NCBI GenBank assembly: GCA_017402995.1
Contig: JAFQOV010000004.1
Location: forward strand, 54,485 to 118,484
From: Candidatus Gastranaerophilales bacterium
GTDB taxonomy: Bacteria > Cyanobacteriota > Vampirovibrionia > Gastranaerophilales > Gastranaerophilaceae
Direction: 5' to 3'
Length of the DNA stretch: 64,000 nucleotides
Shown: piece after piece, positions 10,146 through 16,165 of the stretch
How the letters are laid out: every line of letters starts with the position of its first letter
Numbering within the stretch: position 1 is the first letter of the stretch
The notes under the pieces: generated by a model
Told to the model about the DNA's origin: nothing
The model's database searches: none
Seen by the model: only the letters and a program-made list of their open reading frames with translations
Translations under genes and position numbers: made by a program

Positions 10146-10346
10146 ATGATTCCTAGTTTATCAAGACCCGCAGTATCATTTACAGCAAATGAACATTCTG
10201 TTCGAGATGCGTTCAACAAAAAGTTGCAAATGAACAATGAAATGGCACAAAAACAAGCATCTTTAAGCTTAAATGGTGGGGCAATTAATTTAAATAACCC
10301 TGTTCCAATGCACGGACAAGGTCAAAAACTTGATGTAATAGCATAA
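10146..10346 (+). CDS. small hypothetical protein (66 aa)
   Basis: Strong RBS (AAGGAGGAAAAATG) and own terminator (agcgcc..ggcgctttt at 10353-10376); no family recognised. Confidence 0.45.
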   Translation: MIPSLSRPAVSFTANEHSVRDAFNKKLQMNNEMAQKQASLSLNGGAINLNNPVPMHGQGQKLDVIA

Positions 10347-10404
10347 TTTAAAAGCGCCAAACAAACGGCGCTTTTAAATTAATTAATATTTTTTAAAAAA
10401 AGAC

Positions 10405-10433
10405 TTGATTATTTTTTTTGTTTTGTTTAATAT
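10405..10433 (+). promoter_or_regulatory. sigma70-like promoter for the tRNA-Ala transcript
   Basis: TTGATT - 17 nt - TAATAT. Confidence 0.5.
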
Positions 10434-10460
10434 CATAATTGTCCTTAAGGGACGCGACCT

Positions 10461-10538
10461 CGTGGGGGTTTAGCTCAGCTGCCCCAGAGAAACCCTGTTT
10501 CTCGATAAGAAACGCACCATTGGGTGCTCTACCAGCTG
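10461..10538 (+). other. tRNA-Ala-derived fragment: sense copy of tRNA 5' end (10461-10481), two hairpins, then antisense copy of the tRNA D-arm (10523-10538)
   Basis: cgtgggggtttagctcagctg is identical to 10564-10584. ggtgctctaccagctg is the exact reverse complement of tRNA positions 10579-10594. Confidence 0.7.
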
Positions 10539-10566
10539 GCAACAATGAAAATTTAATACTTTACGT

Positions 10567-10642
10567 GGGGGTTTAGCTCAGCTGGTAGAGCACCTGCTTT
10601 GCACGCAGGGGGTCAGGAGTTCGAATCTCCTAACCTCCACCA
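10567..10642 (+). tRNA. tRNA-Ala (anticodon TGC), CCA encoded
   Basis: GGGGGTT acceptor with G3:U70, D-arm AGCTCAGCTGGTAGAGC, anticodon loop CTTTGCA, T-arm GGAGTTCGAATCTCC, 76 nt. Confidence 0.95.
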
Positions 10643-10645
10643 TAA

Positions 10646-10678
10646 AAAGAGATAACGAAAACGTTATCTCTTTTTTTA
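10646..10678. terminator. bidirectional terminator
   Basis: agagataacg-aaaa-cgttatctct flanked by an A-run and a T-run. Confidence 0.8.
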
Positions 10679-10680
10679 TA

Positions 10681-11358
10681 TTATTTCTGCTTAATCAAAA
10701 AACCAAATCTCTCATTTTTATATTCAAAAAATTCACTTTCAATTTTTCCAAGCTCCAAAAACTTTATACCCAATTTTTCAAGCAATTCTTTTTGGATTTG
10801 CGCTTCTTTTTCGCCTTGGTTAATAATCAACATTTGCCCATTTTTAGATAATAAATTATACGCATGTAAAAGCATTTTTTCGGGCTTAAAAAACTTTTTT
10901 GGCAAACCCCAAAAAACTAAGGGTTTAAGCGTAATAAAAGGCAAAAACCAAGTAATATAATCAAATTTTTCTTCTATATTTAACAAATTATCTGCCAAAT
11001 ATTCCACATTTTTCAAATTTTTAATGTGATATTTTGCAACTTCATATCTGCTATAAAAATTGCTATAAAGCCTGTGTGCGTCAAGCTCTACGCCTTTTAA
11101 TAAGAAATTTGAAGAAAAAGAATTGAAAAAATCAAACTCACCTTTTGCATAAAACCAATTTTTTGAACCAATGTCTAAAATTTTCAAATTTTGTTTTAGA
11201 TTTTTTTTAAAAAATTGCTCTAAAACATCTCTGTAATAGTCATTTTCTCTGATATTTCTCTCGATTAAATTCTTATCTTTTTCAACAAAATTTTTTCTTG
11301 AAAATTTGGTTTTGTTTCTTATAAAAAAATCTATTGTGTTTTTAAAATCGGTAAACAT
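10681..11358 (-). CDS. putative class I SAM-dependent methyltransferase-like protein
   Basis: 225 aa; motif I-like ILDIGS, post-I GVELD, later NGQMLII; assignment weak. Confidence 0.35.
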   Translation of the reverse strand: MFTDFKNTIDFFIRNKTKFSRKNFVEKDKNLIERNIRENDYYRDVLEQFFKKNLKQNLKILDIGSKNWFYAKGEFDFFNSFSSNFLLKGVELDAHRLYSNFYSRYEVAKYHIKNLKNVEYLADNLLNIEEKFDYITWFLPFITLKPLVFWGLPKKFFKPEKMLLHAYNLLSKNGQMLIINQGEKEAQIQKELLEKLGIKFLELGKIESEFFEYKNERFGFLIKQK

Positions 11359-11504
11359 TGCTTTAATTATACAACATTAAATCAAACAAGACATGCCTTT
11401 TAAATAATTAATTTGACATCAAAATTAAAATAGTACAAATGTAAAATCGGCAAACTGCTTAATTAGCAAGGCTTTTGCGGGTGTGTGTAATATTACTCAT
11501 ACGG

Positions 11505-11533
11505 TTGACTAACAGTTACTCGTATGATATTAT
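11505..11533 (+). promoter_or_regulatory. sigma70-like promoter overlapped by a 7-bp inverted repeat (TCATACG..CGTATGA)
   Basis: TTGACT - 17 nt - TATTAT, 18 nt upstream of the AAAGGAGG RBS of the 11552 gene. Confidence 0.5.
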
Positions 11534-11551
11534 ATTAATAAAGGAGGCAAT

Positions 11552-11959
11552 ATGTTCCAATCACCAAAAGAATATTTAATAGAACTTGAGGAAAGAATAT
11601 CTGAGCTAAAAGCAGAATTAGCTGAGCTTGAGCCGGTATATGAAACATTATGTAAATTATATAAGAATGATACGACAAATACTATATACACATCAAATAA
11701 AAGAAAAGAGTTACTAAAAGCGGTTGCGAAAGAAATGACAGCAGCCGAAAAAATCAGACAAGCCCAATTTGCCCGACACAAAAGAGAAAGAGACGGCAAG
11801 CTTCCTAAAATTAAAGATTGCATAAAAACATTTGGTCCACAAAGCATCAAGGGATTATATCGCAAAACCGGTTTCTCTACGGGCACTGTTAAAAAAATAT
11901 TAGAAGAAAATAAAGACATGTTTTTCAAAAACGAAAACAATTTATGGGATTTAAAATAA
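11552..11959 (+). CDS. hypothetical protein, N-terminal coiled coil plus possible C-terminal winged-helix
   Basis: 135 aa with strong RBS. Preferred over the antisense 11530..11940 ORF, which is hydrophobic low-complexity. Confidence 0.5.
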   Translation: MFQSPKEYLIELEERISELKAELAELEPVYETLCKLYKNDTTNTIYTSNKRKELLKAVAKEMTAAEKIRQAQFARHKRERDGKLPKIKDCIKTFGPQSIKGLYRKTGFSTGTVKKILEENKDMFFKNENNLWDLK

Positions 11960-12043
11960 ATTAAAAGGCGGTAAAAACCGCCTTATCGATAAACAAGCCG
12001 TGGACAGAAGCGTCCAACACTTCTAACAATCCACGCATCTTCC

Positions 12044-12068
12044 GAGGCCTCCAAAGCCTCTTTTTTTT
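12044..12068 (+). terminator. rho-independent terminator
   Basis: gaggc-ctccaaa-gcctc followed by T8. Confidence 0.65.
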
Positions 12069-12105
12069 AATTATAACAAATTATGAAAATAATACAAACA
12101 TATCT

Positions 12106-12495
12106 CTAAGTATTTAAATACAAATACCCCAAGTTTAAATAAAGCGCAAATAGAACCCAAAGAAAATATGGAATTAAAAGCCAAAAAGCCACATTTGAAG
12201 CTTTTTTAAACTCTTTTAGGGTTAAATATATGTATCTTGTCAAAAATAAAAGCACTATAAAAGCAAGGGAAATCTTTTTAGACCCGAAAAACACCGGCGC
12301 CCACAATAAATTCAAACACAACTGAACGACAAAATAAATATATCCGCGCTTTTTGTCATCTTTATCAGACAAAATATAAAAAATTAATGCTAAAAATATC
12401 AAAAAATATAAAACCGACCAAACAGGCGCAAAAAATGTTTCTGGTGGTGAAAATGGCGGTTTTAAAAGACTTTGATACCAAATTGAATTATACAT
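12106..12495 (-). CDS. tspO: TspO/MBR family tryptophan-rich sensory protein (short form)
   Basis: WYQSLLKPPFSPPETFFAPVWSVLYFLI is the TspO N-terminal signature; multi-pass membrane protein. Confidence 0.7.
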   Translation of the reverse strand: MYNSIWYQSLLKPPFSPPETFFAPVWSVLYFLIFLALIFYILSDKDDKKRGYIYFVVQLCLNLLWAPVFFGSKKISLAFIVLLFLTRYIYLTLKEFKKASNVAFWLLIPYFLWVLFALYLNLGYLYLNT

Positions 12496-12537
12496 ATTTT
12501 AATTTTACGTAAACATTTTTAAAATATAATTGTCTAT

Positions 12538-12567
12538 TTGTATATATTTAAAAGTTTATAGTATAAT
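12538..12567 (+). promoter_or_regulatory. putative promoter of tRNA-Val
   Basis: TTGTAT - 18 nt - TATAAT; the -10 box ends 8 nt before the tRNA 5' end. Confidence 0.4.
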
Positions 12568-12575
12568 TATCTTAT

Positions 12576-12651
12576 GGGCGATTAGCGCAGTCGGTAGCGC
12601 ATCACATTGACATTGTGGGGGTCACGTGTTCGAGTCACGTATCGCCCACCA
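12576..12651 (+). tRNA. tRNA-Val (anticodon GAC), CCA encoded
   Basis: GGGCGAT acceptor, anticodon loop TTGACAT, T-arm ACGTGTTCGAGTCACGT, 76 nt. Confidence 0.92.
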
Positions 12652-12652
12652 T

Positions 12653-12687
12653 AAAACCCACTGATTAAGTCAGTGGGTTTTATTTTT
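12653..12687 (+). terminator. rho-independent terminator after tRNA-Val
   Basis: aaacccactga-ttaag-tcagtgggttt followed by a T-run. Confidence 0.85.
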
Positions 12688-12759
12688 GCCATTTTTGGCT
12701 TGTGTTTTGAGTTTTCACGATTGCAAAATTAAGCAAATTTAGGAATAATTATTCTACCT

Positions 12760-12812
12760 ATGTAATTTATTGAATGTAATTTATTTGAAAATTTTATTCA
12801 AAATGTAATTCA
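12760..12812. repeat. three direct copies of ATGTAATT(TATT) in the tRNA-Val / islet junction
   Basis: atgtaatttatt at 12760 and 12774; atgtaattcaaa at about 12803. Confidence 0.6.
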
Positions 12813-12825
12813 AAATTAAAAATTA

Positions 12826-13041
12826 TTAGTCTATACTTTCAGGATAATTTATAAAAAACGCATTAGCTTGGTCTGCATCACGACGGAGGTTTTTTACAAT
12901 TGGTGCTAAGTTATAAAGCTCTTCGTATTCCTTTTGTGATGAGCAAAAATAATCAATCACAACTGCTGTGTTGTAGATATTTTCAGCATATCGTTCGAGA
13001 TTCTTAAAATCTTTTCTTTTAATAACAAATCTTTCTTCCAT
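12826..13041 (-). CDS. small hypothetical protein (71 aa) downstream of the Mrr-like gene
   Basis: AAAAGGAGG RBS 7 nt before the internal ATG (MEERFVIKRK...). The longer track start at 13068 lacks an RBS. Confidence 0.45.
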   Translation of the reverse strand: MEERFVIKRKDFKNLERYAENIYNTAVVIDYFCSSQKEYEELYNLAPIVKNLRRDADQANAFFINYPESID

Positions 13042-13106
13042 ACACAACCTCCTTTTAGGTTGTGACATACATCACTTGGGAATGTTTGGAAGTCAAGTAG
13101 ATGATA

Positions 13107-13886
13107 CTAATCTATCATTTTAATCAAATCTTCTGCGGTTATGAGTTCAATATTTTTATTTTTTGCAAATTCAATTGCACTAGCTGTAAAACCTTTTAAA
13201 GTAGCCACAATTCCATGAGAGATGTCATCATTCTGCATAACTCCATATAATTCTCTAATAACAGCTACACCGATTTTTGAGTTATATGCCTTACATTGTA
13301 CATAAATTGTTTGAGAATTTTTTTGTAAAATTATATCAACACCACCATCACAACTTTTTGAAGTAACTTGCGTTGTGTAGTTATTTGCTGAAAAAACAGT
13401 TGCAACTTCTTTCTCAAATTGATAACCATCTAAATTATACCAAAAAGCTAACGTTTTCTTCTTAGGATACAATTCTGTCCACCAATACCAATTTTCTTTA
13501 TCTTTATTGTACTGTTCTATTTTTTGAGAATTTGGAGAAGTATATTCAATTAGTGTAAAAGGTATTATTAAAATAATTGAAAAAATTGGGGTAAATATTA
13601 AAACTTCAAATATACCGCCAAGAATACCGTACCATTCTATAAAAGATTTTCCACATAAAACAAAAAATAGCAATATTAAAACACAATAAAGTGCTATTTT
13701 TTTCTTCTTAAAAGAATTCTTTTTATTTGTTTCTTCTATTAGTATTTCTTCTGAAAGGTTATAATCTGACAATATAGGTTCTTTAGTTGGTTTTGGTGGC
13801 ACAATAGGGGTATCGGCAATTGATTTTAATTGCTTAAGCAACTTTTTTTGCAATTTTCTTGCATCTTCATATTTATCTTTTTTCAT
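13107..13886 (-). CDS. membrane-anchored restriction endonuclease-like protein (Mrr_cat / PD-(D/E)xK C-terminal domain)
   Basis: C-terminal LDGYQFEKEVATVF...DGGVDIIL...VQCKAY...VIRELYG...GIVATLKGFTASAIEFA matches the Mrr catalytic domain. Two or three TM helices (IALYCVLILLFFVLC, IFTPIFSIILIIPF) precede it. Start at MKKDKYED is preferred. Confidence 0.65.
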   Translation of the reverse strand: MKKDKYEDARKLQKKLLKQLKSIADTPIVPPKPTKEPILSDYNLSEEILIEETNKKNSFKKKKIALYCVLILLFFVLCGKSFIEWYGILGGIFEVLIFTPIFSIILIIPFTLIEYTSPNSQKIEQYNKDKENWYWWTELYPKKKTLAFWYNLDGYQFEKEVATVFSANNYTTQVTSKSCDGGVDIILQKNSQTIYVQCKAYNSKIGVAVIRELYGVMQNDDISHGIVATLKGFTASAIEFAKNKNIELITAEDLIKMID

Positions 13887-13946
13887 TACATAATAATAAC
13901 ATGAATATAATTTTATAATTGTATTAAGTAAACAGGAGGTCAAGAA

Positions 13947-15119
13947 ATGGATATACTAGTAATTGGAAATGGATTTGATTTAGCACATGGTTTAGAAACT
14001 AGATATAAAGATTTTTTAGATTTTCCACAAAATGCAGATTTTAAAAATTACATAGATAAACTGCCAAAGTATAAAAAATGTTTACAAGTTAATGTATGGC
14101 TGAAACACTTTATTAGCAACTACAGAAATCTAAATGGTGAAAATTGGATTGATTTTGAACAAGAAATTTTTGACGTTATTGTTTCATTAAACAAACAATC
14201 TATTGATAGATATTTTTCAGATGGATCTAGTTATTTAATTAAATCAATCAAATTCGATATAAATGATTTTTTTGATTTAAAAAATATTAATAATTTAATG
14301 GAAAAAGTTGATACCCAACATTATGAATATCGTAAAAAAGTTAATTTTGAATTTTTCAAAGAAAAAGGTTATAGCATAATTTTAAATATGCCTTATGAAG
14401 ATACTATGTGTGTTTATATTCAAGATTTTAAAGGTTTTATTGCTTTTTTATATGATCAACTCCGAGAATTAACCGAAGCTTTTCAAGAATATATAACACA
14501 ATATGTTTTGTGCAAAGTTAGAAAAGAAAATTTTGATTTAACAATAAGACAAAAAGGACGAATAATTAATACAGGACATATTTTTGTTTTAAATTTTAAT
14601 TATACAAATATTTGCGAAAAATTATACAAAAACAGCAATTTAAATATAGAAACTATTTTTTTACACGGTGACGTTAAAAAACAAGATTTTTGCAATTTGG
14701 TATTAGGTTCAAAATCTTATGCTGACTTTCAAGAAGATATTAATCCTGAATATAATGTTTTTCAAAAACATAATCAACGACATAAATATGGAACGGTAGA
14801 GACTTATCAAGATTTTTATCATGAAAAATTGTCAAAAATTCTTGACAGTGTTCAAGTTAATTATCATGTTATTGGGCACTCTCTTGATGAATCAGATCAA
14901 AGGCTTTTAAAAAGCATCTTCAATGCAAAAAAAGATTCTATAATATACATTTATTATCACGAAGAAAAAATACATCAAAAGTTAATTAAAAATATAACAG
15001 AAATTATTACAGAAGACGAAGTAACAACAAGAGTACGCTTTGTTAAGCAAAATGACAAACACAGAGGGATCTTACAAGAAAGAAAAGGTATACTTACGAT
15101 TTCTAGAAGTTTAAATTAA
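13947..15119 (+). CDS. AbiH-like abortive infection family protein
   Basis: N-terminus MDILVIGNGFDLAHGLETRYKDFLDF is the hallmark of the AbiH family (GNGFDLAHGL.T.Y.DF). AGGAGG RBS. Divergent from the Mrr-like gene. Confidence 0.6.
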   Translation: MDILVIGNGFDLAHGLETRYKDFLDFPQNADFKNYIDKLPKYKKCLQVNVWLKHFISNYRNLNGENWIDFEQEIFDVIVSLNKQSIDRYFSDGSSYLIKSIKFDINDFFDLKNINNLMEKVDTQHYEYRKKVNFEFFKEKGYSIILNMPYEDTMCVYIQDFKGFIAFLYDQLRELTEAFQEYITQYVLCKVRKENFDLTIRQKGRIINTGHIFVLNFNYTNICEKLYKNSNLNIETIFLHGDVKKQDFCNLVLGSKSYADFQEDINPEYNVFQKHNQRHKYGTVETYQDFYHEKLSKILDSVQVNYHVIGHSLDESDQRLLKSIFNAKKDSIIYIYYHEEKIHQKLIKNITEIITEDEVTTRVRFVKQNDKHRGILQERKGILTISRSLN

Positions 15120-15202
15120 TATTGCTTTCACTGTCCGACATTTGAATTTCATCTGTCGGATAGTTCAAATTCAAAAGAAAATTTCTCGTTTCAAAGTCAG
15201 AA

Positions 15203-15278
15203 ATTCTCACCCTGCAAGACAATTATCACTTGTTGCCGTATTTTGGAGGGGAGAACCCGTAGGGTGAGAATCCCTCTT
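15203..15278 (+). other. tRNA-Ser-derived fragment in inverted orientation, containing an 11-bp perfect inverted repeat
   Basis: caccctgc (15208-15215) matches the tRNA-Ser anticodon-stem region. gaatccctctt (15268-15278) matches its T-arm/acceptor 3' part but on the opposite strand from the tRNA. attctcaccct (15203-15213) is complementary to agggtgagaat (15261-15271). Confidence 0.5.
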
Positions 15279-15282
15279 CAAC

Positions 15283-15307
15283 AAAAAAGACCCTTTCGGG
15301 TCTTTTA
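15283..15307. terminator. bidirectional terminator next to the tRNA-Ser 3' end
   Basis: aaaaaagaccc-tttc-gggtctttt. Confidence 0.8.
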
Positions 15308-15312
15308 AACTT

Positions 15313-15401
15313 CGGAAAAAGAGGGATTCGAACCCTCGATGCAGATTACTCCACATAACACCTTAGCAGGGTGCCGCCTTCAGCCACTCGGCCATTTTTC
15401 C
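15313..15401 (-). tRNA. tRNA-Ser (anticodon GCT), class II with long variable arm, CCA not encoded
   Basis: Reverse complement GGAAAAATGGCCGAGTGGCTGAAGGCGGCACCCTGCTAAGGTGTTATGTGGAGTAATCTGCATCGAGGGTTCGAATCCCTCTTTTTCCG. Confidence 0.92.
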
Positions 15402-15620
15402 ATTCGCTTTAAACAGTGTAGCATAAGCTCATTCAATTTAGCAAGTAGCAATTTTTTAGCTAAACTATTATATTTGTAGCAAATAAAGCCCTTGTAGCGC
15501 AAGGGTTTTGCGCTTTGGCTTTTTACTTTGGGTTGCAAAAATTTACATTTTGTGTTATAGTCTCTAGTGACTTAGGGCTGTTTGACTTTTAAATAAGTTT
15601 TTTGCCCGGTAAATCAAAAG

Positions 15621-16139
15621 ATGAGGACGATTTTTATGACGAAAAAGCTAGTTAAAACTTTATTAGTCGCTCTATTATTGCTTTTTTTAGCGCCTAATCA
15701 AGTATTTGCTAATGAAACGCCACAAGAACATGCCAAAAAATTAATTGTACAAACCGCACAAAGACTTGGTGTTGACCCATATTTAGCTTTGGGCATTGCA
15801 AAAATTGAATCTAACTTCAATGTTGCAGCAAAAAGCCCTGGTGGAGCAATTGGACTGTTCCAATTAACTCAACGCACCGCTAAAATTTTAGGAGTTAACC
15901 CATACATTGTCTCTGAAAATATCGAAGGCGGTATTAAATATTACAAAATGATGTATAACAAATATGGTAATGTTGATTTGGCATTAGCTGCCTATAACGC
16001 AGGACCTGGAAACGTTGCTAAATATAAAGGTGTTCCGCCTTTTAAAATTACGCAAAATTTCATCAAAAATATTAAAAAAGAAAGAGAAAATTTCATGGCA
16101 GACGAGCAATTGCAGTCCATGGTTTCAGATACTATTTAA
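15621..16139 (+). CDS. secreted lytic transglycosylase (SLT domain)
   Basis: Signal peptide; catalytic block AKIESNFN; GLFQLT; AAYNAGPGNV. Confidence 0.85.
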   Translation: MRTIFMTKKLVKTLLVALLLLFLAPNQVFANETPQEHAKKLIVQTAQRLGVDPYLALGIAKIESNFNVAAKSPGGAIGLFQLTQRTAKILGVNPYIVSENIEGGIKYYKMMYNKYGNVDLALAAYNAGPGNVAKYKGVPPFKITQNFIKNIKKERENFMADEQLQSMVSDTI

Positions 16140-16165
16140 AAAGCGGGTTTGACCCGCTTTTTTAT
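16140..16165. terminator. bidirectional terminator
   Basis: aaaagcggg-tttga-cccgctttttt. Confidence 0.8.

Noticed and set aside
10146-10346. Small ORF after flagellin as FlgM, FliS, FlaG or FliW
   Set aside because: Neither the length nor the sequence matches the conserved features of those families that I can recall. It is kept as hypothetical.
11530-11940. 136-aa minus-strand ORF fully overlapping the 11552..11959 plus-strand ORF
   Set aside because: It has no RBS. The product is hydrophobic/Ser-Leu-Phe-rich, as expected for the antisense frame of a Lys/Glu-rich AT-biased gene. The plus-strand ORF has a strong promoter, RBS and terminator.
13887-13943. Longer N-terminal start (MTSCLLNTIIKLYSCYYYV...) for the Mrr-like gene
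   Set aside because: It would leave only 3 nt between divergent start codons, and it encodes an implausible Cys/Tyr-rich extension. The internal MKKDKYED start is preferred, although no strong RBS was seen for either.
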